DNA from: an uncultured Candidatus Saccharibacteria bacterium
GTDB taxonomy: Bacteria; Patescibacteriota; Minisyncoccia; Phycocordibacterales; UBA2100
Direction: 5' to 3'
DNA: 55,220 bases
Assembly: GCA_964462785.1 (NCBI GenBank)
Contig: CAYWZA010000005.1
Span: 1 to 55,220 of the forward strand
In this document: positions 38,914 through 49,519 of the stretch, in pieces
Layout of the letters: each line of letters starts with the position of its first letter
Position numbering within the stretch: position 1 is the first letter of the stretch
Notes under the pieces: model-generated
What the model saw: only the letters and a program-made list of their open reading frames with translations
Told to the model about the DNA's origin: nothing
Database searches by the model: none
Made by a program: the position numbers and the translations under genes

Positions 38914-40476
38914 TTACTTCATTAACTCTGTGTGCGTTTCCGCAAACATTTCGAGCGCTTTGTTGAGCAAATCTTTTGCACCATCGCTAATCGCTTTCTC
39001 TTTTCTGATGGTATCCATGATGCGCTCGTGCTGCCCATCAAGATACGCGAGGAGTTTCTCCTCGGCTTCGTGCAGGCGCGCGATAGGCACTTTGTTGAGA
39101 TATCCATTTACTGCCGTGTAGAGCACCACCACCTGATCCTCAAATGGCATGGGCTTCCCCCTTCCCTGCTTCAATATTTCAACCATGCGCCGACCGTCAT
39201 CAATGCGCTTCGCCGTCTCTGCATCGAGATCCTGCGCGAATTGCACAAATGCCTCAAGCTCACGGAATTGCGCAAGAGAAAGGCGCAGCGTGCCGGCAAC
39301 TCCCTTCATTGCTTTCGTCTGTGCGGCAGATCCGACACGCGAGACGGAGATACCGACGTCGATAGCAGGGCGAATACCCTTGTTAAAGAGCCCGGCATCG
39401 AGATAGATCTGTCCGTCGGTGATTGAAATGACGTTTGTCGGAATGTATGCCGATACGTCTCCTTCTTGCGTTTCGATAATGGGAAGCGCGGTAAGCGAGC
39501 CTCCTCCTTTTGCATCCGAGAGCTTTGCCGCGCGCTCGAGCAAGCGCGAGTGCAAGTAGAAAATATCTCCCGGATATGCCTCGCGACCCGGCGGACGGCG
39601 AAGAAGCAGGGAGAGCTGACGATACGCGACCGCCTGCTTTGAAAGGTCGTCATAGATTACCAGCGCATCGCGCCCCTTATCCATGAAATATTCTCCGATT
39701 GCAGCGCCAGCAAACGGGGCAAGAAACTGAAGTGCCGCCGGAGCTGACGCAGGAGCATCAACAACGATTGTGTATTCGAGAGCGCCGCGCTGCTCGAGCT
39801 CTGCCATGATGCGTGCCGTTTTCGATTCCTTCTGCCCAATAGCGACATAAATACAAATCGGGCGCGTCTCTTTCGGTTCGTGTTTCTGGGCAATGATCGT
39901 GTCGATCGCGATCGTCGTCTTACCCGTAAAGCGATCGCCGATGATAAGCTCGCGTTGCCCGCGCCCTATGGGAATCATGGCATCGATTGATTTGATACCG
40001 GTTTGAAGCGGCGTACCCACCGATTTACGTTCAATAACACCATACGCTTCGCGCTCGATGGGTGTAAACTTTGTGTCTTTAATCGGGCCCTTGCCGTCAA
40101 TCGGCTCGCCAAGTGCGTTGACCACGCGCCCCACGATATGCTCGCCCACAGGAATAGAGAGCACACGCCCCGTAGATTTCACGAGCATGCCCTCGCGCAA
40201 ACGACTGGTATCACCAAGCACCACCGCGCGTACACCGTCCTCTTCAAGATTTAATATGAGACCGTAGAGCAGCCCTTCTGACTCCAGCGCGTCCTTAAGC
40301 TGCTTGCCATCACTCTCCTCAAATTGCACCACTTCCGACATAAGCGCCTGCTCCAAGCCGTCAATGGAAACAACACCATCGCCCACTGCGGTGATACGCC
40401 CCACATGCTCACGCTCTTTGCTTGGGGCAAAGTGCTCGATCTCCTTTATGATTTTTTCGATCATTGACGATTCCAT
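38914..40476 (-). CDS. atpA: F-type ATP synthase alpha
   Basis: [38 protein letters not shown]. Confidence 0.98.
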   Translation of the reverse strand: MESSMIEKIIKEIEHFAPSKEREHVGRITAVGDGVVSIDGLEQALMSEVVQFEESDGKQLKDALESEGLLYGLILNLEEDGVRAVVLGDTSRLREGMLVKSTGRVLSIPVGEHIVGRVVNALGEPIDGKGPIKDTKFTPIEREAYGVIERKSVGTPLQTGIKSIDAMIPIGRGQRELIIGDRFTGKTTIAIDTIIAQKHEPKETRPICIYVAIGQKESKTARIMAELEQRGALEYTIVVDAPASAPAALQFLAPFAGAAIGEYFMDKGRDALVIYDDLSKQAVAYRQLSLLLRRPPGREAYPGDIFYLHSRLLERAAKLSDAKGGGSLTALPIIETQEGDVSAYIPTNVISITDGQIYLDAGLFNKGIRPAIDVGISVSRVGSAAQTKAMKGVAGTLRLSLAQFRELEAFVQFAQDLDAETAKRIDDGRRMVEILKQGRGKPMPFEDQVVVLYTAVNGYLNKVPIARLHEAEEKLLAYLDGQHERIMDTIRKEKAISDGAKDLLNKALEMFAETHTELMK

Positions 40477-40482
40477 ATTGAT

Positions 40483-40872
40483 TTATCGGATTATGCTTGC
40501 ATAGAGCGACATCAGATGCTTTTTAAAACTATTGTCGATGAGTGTGTTGTGCGCCTCCATGCGCCAACCGCCAATGAGCGTGTCATCGAGGCGAACGTGC
40601 ACCGCATGCGTATCAACACCGAGCTCTTTCATCTGCTCGGCTGCCTCTCGTTTGGCATGCGCTGCGTCACGCTCATGTGCAACGCTTACTGCTACTTCGT
40701 GCCGACGCTTGTGTGCCGACTCACGCCGATCCAAAATTGCCGGCAAGCGTGCCATGACGCCATGCATACCACGCGCCTCGGCATAGCGCTTGAACGCCGC
40801 CACGGCCTCCTTGGGATTAGCGCCGCGTTCAGTCATGGCAATCAATGCGTCTGCGTAGATATCAGTTTTCAT
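40483..40872 (-). CDS. atpH: F-type ATP synthase delta (short form)
   Basis: YADALI start, DDTLIGGWRM...IDNSFK; position between atpF and atpA. Confidence 0.8.
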   Translation of the reverse strand: MKTDIYADALIAMTERGANPKEAVAAFKRYAEARGMHGVMARLPAILDRRESAHKRRHEVAVSVAHERDAAHAKREAAEQMKELGVDTHAVHVRLDDTLIGGWRMEAHNTLIDNSFKKHLMSLYASIIR

Positions 40873-40885
40873 ACCGGGATAACGA

Positions 40886-41335
40886 TTATGCACTGTGCTT
40901 ACGCAATAATTTTTCGGCAGCGAGCACAGCCGCACGCGCAATCTCCTTCTCGCTCGCCGAACGAATTTCTTTTGCCTCGGCAAACGCACGCATACGTGCC
41001 TCTTGGATGCCGGCATCGGCGCGGCGTTGCGCCTCTTCAAGAATCGCGGCACTCTTTTCCTCGGCGCGCGTGCGGGCCGTGGCATACATGGATTCTGCTG
41101 TATGCGACGCTTTCGTGATGATTTCCTTTCCCTCGCTGTCGGCAGCAGCAAGCTTTTGTGCAGCCGCATGCGCCTCCTCGACCCCGCGTGCAATAAGAGC
41201 ACGGCGCTCGTCGATCATTTTCAAAACCGGCTGATACAAAAATTTCCACAGCACCAGGAGCACCAGTGTGAAATTGAAACCCTGCGCGAGCAGCAGTTTC
41301 CAATTGATGCCAAATGTGGTGAGGAGTTCTTGCAT
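40886..41335 (-). CDS. atpF: F-type ATP synthase b
   Basis: FGINWKLLLAQGFNF...KFLYQPVLKMIDERR, coiled coil, AAEKLL. Confidence 0.92.
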   Translation of the reverse strand: MQELLTTFGINWKLLLAQGFNFTLVLLVLWKFLYQPVLKMIDERRALIARGVEEAHAAAQKLAAADSEGKEIITKASHTAESMYATARTRAEEKSAAILEEAQRRADAGIQEARMRAFAEAKEIRSASEKEIARAAVLAAEKLLRKHSA

Positions 41336-41394
41336 GGTACATGGGAGCAGAGCGTTCAAGCATTTTTAAAAATGTCTGCACGTTTTGCGACTGC

Positions 41395-41667
<273 letters not shown>

Positions 41668-41755
41668 TTATTGTCGCCATACACATGGGCACATGTATTG
41701 ACTCTGCTTCAAGATAGTTGTATTATTTTTAAGGATTCACCGAGGAGATCGGTAC

Positions 41756-42007
41756 ATGCGGAAGCAATCGTTCGACGTTGGTGTCGACACTACTGATATA
41801 ACAAACTCGCCGACCTACCGCAGGAAAAAGCCAATGCATTGTCAAATCTGTGCCGAGCAGGGCGTGCACACTCGACTGAATGCCTACAATCATACGGGTT
41901 CGTGCCTGCGACATCCTCTGCCGAAAGCAGAACGACACAAGCCTTTCGAACTCGTTGGTGTCGTCTACAAAAAAGGCAGGAGGCTTAAACCGATTACTGA
42001 AGAGTAA
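41756..42007 (+). CDS. Small Cys/His-rich protein antisense within the atp operon
   Basis: AGGAG SD; CQIC...LNAYN...CLRH motif. Confidence 0.5.
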   Translation: MRKQSFDVGVDTTDITNSPTYRRKKPMHCQICAEQGVHTRLNAYNHTGSCLRHPLPKAERHKPFELVGVVYKKGRRLKPITEE

Positions 42008-42019
42008 TCGGTTCTTTTT

Positions 42020-42814
42020 TTAATGCGCCTCTGTTATTGCAAGCTTAATGAAGAAGAGTGTTAGCAGTGCAAAAATTGCCGCCTGAATAAAGCCAACGAA
42101 GACTTCAAAAAGCATGAGCGGTACCGGCAGTACGTACGGCACAAAGTATGAGATGACGACGATCAGAACTTCGCCGGCAAAGATGTTTCCGAAAAGACGA
42201 AATGAAAACGAGATGAGGCGTGCGATTTCTGACACCAGATCGATGATGCCGATGAAAAATCCCATGATCGAGTGGAAGTTGATAAACTTGCCTGCATATT
42301 TCCACACGCCAATCGTCAAAATACCTACAATTTCAATGACGCCAAAGGAAATAATCGAAAGTGCGAGTGTCATGTTGAGATCGGTATTCATCGAGCGAAA
42401 GAGCGGTATGAATCCCCCGCCCTCCTCAAAAAATCCGACGCTGCCAACACCGGGGATAAATTCGAGCAGATTGGCGGTAAAGATGAATAGAAAAATGGTC
42501 ACCAAGAGCGGCAAAAATTTGCGTGCCATGTCGCGGCTCTCCAGCGTCTCGGCAATGTAATCATACACATACTCAAGCAGCGCCTCGAAAAGCGTTTGTA
42601 TGCGGCTGGGTACGAGCTTCACCCCGCGCCCCACCATGACGCCAATAATTATGAGGAGTGTGACAGCCACCCAGCTCATCAAAAGCGTGTTCGTGATCGG
42701 CAACCCTAAAAATTCGCCCAGTCGCTCTGCGACAAGCGAAATATGTATGCCGCCGCCATGTGAAGCGGGAGCCACATGTTCCACGGCGCTTGCGGTATTC
42801 GTTGCGGTATCCAT
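42020..42814 (-). CDS. atpB: F-type ATP synthase a
   Basis: ITNT, NLLEFIPG, SFSFRLFGNIFAGE, QAAIF..LT. Confidence 0.95.
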   Translation of the reverse strand: MDTATNTASAVEHVAPASHGGGIHISLVAERLGEFLGLPITNTLLMSWVAVTLLIIIGVMVGRGVKLVPSRIQTLFEALLEYVYDYIAETLESRDMARKFLPLLVTIFLFIFTANLLEFIPGVGSVGFFEEGGGFIPLFRSMNTDLNMTLALSIISFGVIEIVGILTIGVWKYAGKFINFHSIMGFFIGIIDLVSEIARLISFSFRLFGNIFAGEVLIVVISYFVPYVLPVPLMLFEVFVGFIQAAIFALLTLFFIKLAITEAH

Positions 42815-42883
42815 CTGCCCGATTGTAGCGTAATTTTCACAAAAAGCATGCGCCCGCGAATGAATCGCGGGCGCCAAGCATCA

Positions 42884-43153
42884 TTAGTCCTCTTCGCCAG
42901 AGGATCTGAAGAGCAGTACCCATGGGATGCTAAGAAGTATCAACAAGCCGCTCACCGATACAACCATATCCATCTGCACATCGGTATGCGGAATTTCCGA
43001 TTTAGAAAGAAACGCAAACGCAAGAATCAGTACTGTCGGGGGCATGAGCCAAAAGCGGCTCTTCGCCAGCAAGATCACGGACAGGACATACGCCGCCCAA
43101 AGCCAGTAATCCTGCCATGGCAAGCTCAAAAACGTTTGGTTGAATTGCTCCAT
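42884..43153 (-). CDS. Small membrane protein of unknown function
   Basis: Three hydrophobic segments; AAGGAG SD. Confidence 0.55.
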   Translation of the reverse strand: MEQFNQTFLSLPWQDYWLWAAYVLSVILLAKSRFWLMPPTVLILAFAFLSKSEIPHTDVQMDMVVSVSGLLILLSIPWVLLFRSSGEED

Positions 43154-43196
43154 CTTCGCCTCTCCTTATGCTGGAAAAACTGTACAACATACACTC

Positions 43197-44036
43197 CTAC
43201 AGCGCAAGGCGGTAGATATCGAAAGAATTCTCCCCCTCAAACATGTCAGAGGGGTTAGGCAAAAACAGACGCGGGCGGGCGAGCTCGGAGGTCGCGTCAT
43301 TGATAAGTCGATGGAATACATCGAATTCTTCTTTGCACTTCGCGTATTCAATCACATAGCGACGCATCTGCGGTGAGCCATCTTTATTTTTCCGTTTTTT
43401 ACACTCATGCAGAATGAACCGCTTCACCGGCTTATTAAATTCCTGCTTCACGGTGTAGTAATTGAAAATCGCTTGAATCACGAAGAGTGTTTTTTGTGCG
43501 CCAAGCGCACTGAATGAGTCGACAAATTTATGGTCAACGATGTCCACTGCTTTCGGGTCCCCCTGAGAGCGCACTACCAAATCTGAAATGGCTTTCACGG
43601 GAAGCGCGAGCTCTTCTACGGTGGCAATCGCCTTCATCTCAACAGCGAGCACATCGTATTTCGGCGGACGGGCGAGATAAAAGGAGATTGCCTGCAGATA
43701 CTCTTTCTCCATCTGCTCGCGTTTCTTTTTTCTGTCTGCAGCGCTCTCACCCGATTTTCCAAAATTAATTTCAAAGTCCGGCACGGCGCGCAGATAGTGC
43801 AGCCCCAGATCTACCGCGCCCTCCTTCCCTATGCCGCCATAAAAATGCTGGAGTGCGACGTGCCCCGCCCGCCCCACAACAGATGCGGGACCAGACGGCA
43901 TATCGCGTATGTTTTCGACATACCGCTTGTACCACGCAAGCGGATTGCGCAAAAACGCCATGAGCGACGAGTGGCTCCAGTGGCTAATCGGGAGCTTGGG
44001 ATGCTCATGCGACATGCCACGACTACCTTTCATCAC
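43197..44036 (-). CDS. PD-(D/E)XK superfamily nuclease (RecB-C-terminal-like)
   Basis: SHSSL..F.RNP..W...Y, G.AGH.AL, ISDLVV...IVDHK, Q...Y. Confidence 0.75.
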   Translation of the reverse strand: MMKGSRGMSHEHPKLPISHWSHSSLMAFLRNPLAWYKRYVENIRDMPSGPASVVGRAGHVALQHFYGGIGKEGAVDLGLHYLRAVPDFEINFGKSGESAADRKKKREQMEKEYLQAISFYLARPPKYDVLAVEMKAIATVEELALPVKAISDLVVRSQGDPKAVDIVDHKFVDSFSALGAQKTLFVIQAIFNYYTVKQEFNKPVKRFILHECKKRKNKDGSPQMRRYVIEYAKCKEEFDVFHRLINDATSELARPRLFLPNPSDMFEGENSFDIYRLAL

Positions 44037-44146
44037 GCGATTGTACCATCTCTACTTGCAAAGCTTGTAGCACACTCAACCTTGCAAGAATTTTTACGAG
44101 GAGTAGGATAGCCAACGGTTTTGATCTTTTACCATAGAGAGGTTGC

Positions 44147-44839
44147 ATGAGCAAAAAGACGGAGTGCTCGAAAAAGAAATATAAAACGCCAGAAAAGGCG
44201 CTTTTCTTTTCTATATCGGGTATGCGCGGCACCGGCAGAACGAGAGTATTCAATCGCCTGAAGTTTCTCTTGCCCGAGACTTTCCCACGAAAGTCTTTTG
44301 TGTTTCTGGACGATCCGTTCAAGGAATTATCGCATCCACTCTTATGGGCGGACAATGAACGCATGTTGCATCCCGTGAGCAGGCTCTTTAAATGCTGGGC
44401 GCATTTGAATGATTTCAGCTTGAAAAAACTTTTGCCTGCACTCAATGCATACGATGTGGTTGTTACCGACGGCTACGGTCTTAATGCGGTTTTGTATGCT
44501 ACCGCATGCGACAACTGCGCAAAGACAGACGCAGACGTGCTTGCGATGCATCATCGCATCGTCAAGGCGCGTGTGTGCGAACAGGGTATTGATCCTCCTG
44601 AGTATTTCCTGACCCGAGCCGATGTTGGCGTCGTCACCGAATTCCTGCTTGATGGAGCATGTCCCGGATTGACCAGAGATCAATGTCGCGACTTCATCCT
44701 AAAAGAAGAGTCCATCATCGACTCCTACTTTGACGAGGACAGCGGGCAAAAAAAGCCTCACATACTTGATGCCGCCTTGTCGCTGGAAGCCATGTGCGAG
44801 AATGTTGCGCATGTGGTACACAAGCGTTTAGCAGATTGA
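44147..44839 (+). CDS. Divergent thymidylate-kinase-like P-loop protein
   Basis: FFSISGMRGTGRT, LLPAL..YDVVVTDGY, PPEYFL. Confidence 0.55.
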   Translation: MSKKTECSKKKYKTPEKALFFSISGMRGTGRTRVFNRLKFLLPETFPRKSFVFLDDPFKELSHPLLWADNERMLHPVSRLFKCWAHLNDFSLKKLLPALNAYDVVVTDGYGLNAVLYATACDNCAKTDADVLAMHHRIVKARVCEQGIDPPEYFLTRADVGVVTEFLLDGACPGLTRDQCRDFILKEESIIDSYFDEDSGQKKPHILDAALSLEAMCENVAHVVHKRLAD

Positions 44840-44858
44840 CGCTCGACCACACCACTTT

Positions 44859-44888
44859 ATCCCGCGCCAGATACTGGCGCGGGATTTA
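44859..44888. terminator. Intrinsic terminator between convergent genes
   Basis: atcccgcgccag-ata-ctggcgcgggat. Confidence 0.75.
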
Positions 44889-44894
44889 CATTTT

Positions 44895-46439
44895 CTACAA
44901 ATCAGTTCCTGAATAGGAAAGATTAAGGCTTTTGTTGCACAGCGGAAAATCGGGAACGATGTTGCCGGGACCAAGCTCGCCAAAAAGCGGCCAATTCATG
45001 AATGATGGATCAGAAATGGCACAGCGCTCAATGCGACCGTTTGTATCGAGAGATACCCAATCGATAACGCCACCACGGAATGATTCAGCCCAGCCAAGTG
45101 CGCTCCCCTGCTTTGGTTTTAGCGGCGTCGATACTGCTCCATGAGGCACTGTTTTTATGCAGGCACGTATTAGTGCGATTGATTCGTGTAGCTCGAGTAC
45201 GCGCACTGAGAACCGAGCGCGCACGTCGCCTGCTGTTTTCACTGCAACCGTCAAAGGCAGTGCGGCGTATGCGGCATACGGATGATCACGCCGCAAATCA
45301 GCATCCACGCCCGATGCGCGCGCTGCGATTCCGCGAGCGCCGTAGGCGCGCGCTGCCTCTTTCGAAAGCACGCCGGTGGTTTCAAAACGCTCCATCAGAC
45401 CATCACTCCCATACGCAATATCAAGAAGTCCTCGTATTTCACTCTCAAATCGCTCAAGTGTTGCGAGCAGATGCGCCTGCCCCTCCTGATCAATATCATG
45501 CGCGCCTCCGGGAAACACCGCCCCGCGAAGGAATCGGTGCCCAGTGAGAGCGGCGTGCAGCCGACGCATTTCTTCGGCGATTCTAAATCCCTGCGCCGCA
45601 AGAAAAGTAAACCCTGTGCCCATACCACCCACGTTGCCGATATCAAATATGTGCGCCGTCATACGTTCGAGTTCGTTCCACAGCACACGCAGATGCTGTG
45701 CGCGCGGAGAGACAGCGGTGCCCGTCACGCGCTCCACAGCTTCACAAAATGCGAGCGAATGCCCTACCGCCATATCGCCGGAAATGCGTTCGATGTACGG
45801 TAGCGCCTCTTGAGGGGTCTTGCCTTCAACAAGCTTCTCAACACCTTTGTGCTTGAAGAATAATTTTCCCTCGAGTGAAAGAATGCGCTCGCCGCGCACA
45901 TTAAAGCGAAAGTGCCCCGGCTCAATGATGCCCGCATGAATGGGTCCTACCGGAATTTCATAGACGCCTTTCCCTTCCACCCGATGCATGGGATACGGCA
46001 CATCGGCATGCGGCAGCTTGGTATCCCATGCGAAATCTTTTCTCAAGGGGTATGTGTGCTCTGGAATATTTTCATGATGCTCCAAGCGTCGCCAATCGGG
46101 GTGCCCCTCGGCAGTGATGCCAAACTGATCGCCGATGAGTCGCTCAAACCAATGCGCCGCCATGATCGTGCGCGTGAGTGCAGGGTACGTCGGATCGTTT
46201 TCAGGCAATTCGCTGCGTAGAATTAAAAAACCATCGTGTGCAGAAAATACTGCATGCACGGCAAATACTTTTGCGGCACGGCGTTCATCAGTCGCAAACA
46301 TGAAGACCAGCGGGCAGCGAGATGCTATGCACACATCTGCCAACACGCTGAGTTGCTCCCGCGGCACGAGCACGGGCTCGTTTGCACGAGGCTTCACGAC
46401 ACCAAGCGTCTCACCTATTTTTTCCAAAGTCATATGCAT
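44895..46439 (-). CDS. Ehr/Hyf-like large subunit (NuoC+NuoD/HycE-like) without NiFe-binding cysteines
   Basis: GPIHAGIIEPGHFRF, HKGVEK, ERISGD (for RxCGxC), DFPLCNKSLNLSYSGTDL. Confidence 0.88.
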   Translation of the reverse strand: MHMTLEKIGETLGVVKPRANEPVLVPREQLSVLADVCIASRCPLVFMFATDERRAAKVFAVHAVFSAHDGFLILRSELPENDPTYPALTRTIMAAHWFERLIGDQFGITAEGHPDWRRLEHHENIPEHTYPLRKDFAWDTKLPHADVPYPMHRVEGKGVYEIPVGPIHAGIIEPGHFRFNVRGERILSLEGKLFFKHKGVEKLVEGKTPQEALPYIERISGDMAVGHSLAFCEAVERVTGTAVSPRAQHLRVLWNELERMTAHIFDIGNVGGMGTGFTFLAAQGFRIAEEMRRLHAALTGHRFLRGAVFPGGAHDIDQEGQAHLLATLERFESEIRGLLDIAYGSDGLMERFETTGVLSKEAARAYGARGIAARASGVDADLRRDHPYAAYAALPLTVAVKTAGDVRARFSVRVLELHESIALIRACIKTVPHGAVSTPLKPKQGSALGWAESFRGGVIDWVSLDTNGRIERCAISDPSFMNWPLFGELGPGNIVPDFPLCNKSLNLSYSGTDL

Positions 46440-46446
46440 AGATATA

Positions 46447-47916
46447 TTAACTGCTGAGCGCACGCGCGATGTGCTGCGCCACCGCAAAACCTTGCGGTGT
46501 CCAGAGCGCGATGCCGATACTGATCACAAACAGATAATGAAGCGCGATGCCCGCATGCGCGACTGTCCACTTCTCACCGTGCGCGATCGATCCCCTTTCA
46601 TGATCAGGTGTTTTATACATGAATGGCATGCACTGGCGGATGAATCCCGCGGCAACAATCGTAAGCCCAAACAGCACAAGCACCACCACAAACGGGTGCA
46701 CGGCGAGCCCGCGTGCCACCAATAGATACTCACTTAAGAAAAGTGGTGAGGGCGGCACCGCCAAGAGCGCAAGTAACCCAATGAGAAACAAGGTGCCGGT
46801 ATAAGGGAGCGCGCTTAGCACTGCGCCCACATGTGAAAACTTTGTACTCTTGAAACGGTGAACAATTGATGCCGCACTAAAAAATAAAGCCGATTTGGTC
46901 AGTGCGTGCGCGACGAGATGTATGATGCCTGCCACTGCAGCAACACCGCCCAGCCCGAACGAAATAGCGATGAGACCCATGTGCTCAATCGATGAGTACG
47001 CAAGCAGCCGCTTGTAATCCTGTTGTACCAGAACAAAGGCGGCAGAAACCAAAACCGAGAGCGTGCCGAAGATAATTAATAGCCAGCCGGTCCACACACC
47101 ATCGCCAAGTGAAAGATCGACAACCATCTTAAAACGCAGTACTGCGAACAACGCAACCGGCAGCAAGATACCTGAAAGTAGCCCCGAAATAGGGGCAGGC
47201 GCCGCAGAGTGCGCATCAGGGAGCCATTGATGCATGGGCACAAAGCCTGCTTTGGTGCCATAGCCGATCAGCATAAAAATGAACGCGAGCTTCATGAGAT
47301 CGGGTGATAGCAATGCCCCTGTGGAGACAAGATCGGTCCAGTTGAGTGTGAGTGCCTCCTTCACATCTGCAAGCTGCACGGCGTAATAGGTGAATAGCAA
47401 TCCGATGAGACTCAGAGCGATGCCGGTCGAGCACAGTATAAGATATTTCCACGCCGCCTCGAGCGATCCCTGCTTTGCATAAAATGCGACGAGCAATGTC
47501 GTTGCGAGCGTCGTTGCCTCCACTGCAATCCACAGCACGCCGAGGTTATTTGCGAGAATGGTTGCGGACATCGCAAGCACAAACAGAGCCAAGAGCGCCG
47601 TGTATTGCTGTGCATTCCGCAGCGAGATAATGCCCTCGTGCAATTCCTCATCGAGATGTGGCACGCTCGTCAAAACTGCTGTCCATTGCATGAACGAAAC
47701 AAGCATCAAGAGCACCCCCGCAGCTGCATCTATGTACCACATGCCTCCGCCGATAAGTGACGCGTGGAAAATTCCTTCCAGACCAAGGTACGCGCCCAGC
47801 GCGAATACCACCGTGCTCCATGCATACGTCACCCCAAACAACATGCGCACATTTCTGGTGATAAACGGTAGCGCGCCCCCCAGTGCACATACGCCAAGAA
47901 AAATATACGTAGTCAT
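46447..47916 (-). CDS. hyfF: Antiporter-like membrane subunit (HyfF-like)
   Basis: WIAVEATTL, EAAWKY, GTKAGFVPMHQWLPDAHSAAP, KRLLAYSSIEHMG. Confidence 0.85.
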   Translation of the reverse strand: MTTYIFLGVCALGGALPFITRNVRMLFGVTYAWSTVVFALGAYLGLEGIFHASLIGGGMWYIDAAAGVLLMLVSFMQWTAVLTSVPHLDEELHEGIISLRNAQQYTALLALFVLAMSATILANNLGVLWIAVEATTLATTLLVAFYAKQGSLEAAWKYLILCSTGIALSLIGLLFTYYAVQLADVKEALTLNWTDLVSTGALLSPDLMKLAFIFMLIGYGTKAGFVPMHQWLPDAHSAAPAPISGLLSGILLPVALFAVLRFKMVVDLSLGDGVWTGWLLIIFGTLSVLVSAAFVLVQQDYKRLLAYSSIEHMGLIAISFGLGGVAAVAGIIHLVAHALTKSALFFSAASIVHRFKSTKFSHVGAVLSALPYTGTLFLIGLLALLAVPPSPLFLSEYLLVARGLAVHPFVVVLVLFGLTIVAAGFIRQCMPFMYKTPDHERGSIAHGEKWTVAHAGIALHYLFVISIGIALWTPQGFAVAQHIARALSS

Positions 47917-47925
47917 AGCTGATTT

Positions 47926-48573
47926 CTAACCCACAAGATCCCGCATACGATCGGTGCTGACAGAGTCATGCTCGTGTTGAGCACGATACACCAGCGCCAT
48001 CATGAGGACAAAGCCGATCAGCACATCAAACAGTATGCCGATCTCCAAAAGAAGTGGCATGCCGTGCACCAGCGCAAGCCCGAATGTAAAGATACCGTTT
48101 TCAAGCGTCAAAAAACCTGTCCCCTGCCCGAATAGATCCTTGCGGGTAATGAGCAGCAGGAAACCAATGAGCACGAGTGAGAATGATGTTGCGACGATAA
48201 TGTATTCCGCTTTGGGAAATGCGTACACGCGCGCTGCCCAAAACGCACCTGCGATGAGTGCCGCTGAAAGAAACGAGAGCACTGCGGGGCGCGCATACGA
48301 TTCGAGCCGTTGCGATACGCGCGGGCGTGTCGCCGCATGGCTTAGAAAATACGGCACCGCGATAACTTTGACCACGAGCACAAGGAACGCCGATATATAC
48401 AGTGCTGAATCATCCAGTACGAGCGCGAGAGCTACGGTGAACAGCGCGAGGAAAAGCGACTGCATGCGGAACCACGTGATGAGCGAAAAAAGTCGCATGC
48501 GGCTCGACAGCAAAAATGCGGAGAGCAGCATGGCGGACGCAAGCAGTGGAATTATTGGTGGTATTGCAGACAT
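47926..48573 (-). CDS. hyfE: Membrane subunit (HyfE-like)
   Basis: Hydrophobic, K...VP, Q..GFLTLENGI, P.LLEIGILFD. Confidence 0.8.
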   Translation of the reverse strand: MSAIPPIIPLLASAMLLSAFLLSSRMRLFSLITWFRMQSLFLALFTVALALVLDDSALYISAFLVLVVKVIAVPYFLSHAATRPRVSQRLESYARPAVLSFLSAALIAGAFWAARVYAFPKAEYIIVATSFSLVLIGFLLLITRKDLFGQGTGFLTLENGIFTFGLALVHGMPLLLEIGILFDVLIGFVLMMALVYRAQHEHDSVSTDRMRDLVG

Positions 48574-48574
48574 A

Positions 48575-49519
48575 TTATGTAAACGCAATTGCGAGCGCCG
48601 CAATGAAAGAGCTGACCGCAACAAGAAATGCCAAAAGTGCGTATTCCTGCATACGATAGAAACGCATCTTCACTACCAGCGTTTCAATGAGTGCCAGTCC
48701 GCACGGCGCTACTACAACTTTGATCATGCCTATGAGCAATGCGATTGCTACGGCGCCTAATGCCACTCCGGATACCGTCACATACACAGGCATGGCAATG
48801 TTGAGTACCAGTGTTGAAAGTACGATGAGTTTGATTGCAGAGGCATATTCGAGCATCGCAAGATACGGCCCTGAATATTCGAGCACCATCGCTTCGTGCA
48901 CCATCGTGAGCTCAAGGTGCGTTGCCGGATTATCGACCGGATAGCGGGCATTTTCGAGTAGTGCGGCGAACGCAAGCGCCAGCGCCGCGAGCAGCGTTGG
49001 GGCAATTGCATGCAAGGGAAATTGCGAAGCGTTCGCGAGTATGCCTCCTATGCTCCATGAGCCGTATAGTGCTCCTAAGACTGCAAACACCAGAAACAAC
49101 GTCGGTTCGATGATTGCCGCAAGTATCATCTCGCGACTCGATCCCATGTTGCCAAACGTGCTGCCGGTATCCATGCCGCCGAATACGAGGAAGACCACTC
49201 CTAACGCCAACACGCCGGTGATCAAAAACACATTATCGAACGAGGTCAGGAGCGGATTCACCGCGAACGCCGGAATAATGCAGGCGAGTACGACCGCGGT
49301 TGTCAGAACCATATAGGGAACTGTGTGAAAGACCCATGTGCTCCATTCCGGTATGGTCATTTCCTTTTTGCACAACGTTGCCAATGCCCAGTACGGCTGA
49401 AAGATAGATGCGCCGCGCCGATTTTGCAGCCGAGCTTTTGTCGTGCGTACGATACCGAGAAACAGCGGCGCGAGCGCGAGGAAAAAAATCGGCTGGATGA
49501 TAAGGAGCGCTATATTCAT
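48575..49519 (-). CDS. hyfC: NuoH/HyfC-like membrane subunit
   Basis: KARLQNRRG...QPY, MDTGSTFGNMGSSRE, ENARYPVDNPATHLELTMVHEAMVLEYSG. Confidence 0.85.
   Translation of the reverse strand: MNIALLIIQPIFFLALAPLFLGIVRTTKARLQNRRGASIFQPYWALATLCKKEMTIPEWSTWVFHTVPYMVLTTAVVLACIIPAFAVNPLLTSFDNVFLITGVLALGVVFLVFGGMDTGSTFGNMGSSREMILAAIIEPTLFLVFAVLGALYGSWSIGGILANASQFPLHAIAPTLLAALALAFAALLENARYPVDNPATHLELTMVHEAMVLEYSGPYLAMLEYASAIKLIVLSTLVLNIAMPVYVTVSGVALGAVAIALLIGMIKVVVAPCGLALIETLVVKMRFYRMQEYALLAFLVAVSSFIAALAIAFT

Noticed and set aside
43197-44036. Cas4 / CRISPR system
   Set aside because: No Fe-S cysteine cluster, no other cas genes and no repeat-spacer array seen.
44895-46439. Functional group 4 [NiFe]-hydrogenase or formate hydrogenlyase
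   Set aside because: Both Ni-binding CxxC motifs are missing and no hyp maturation genes are in the window.
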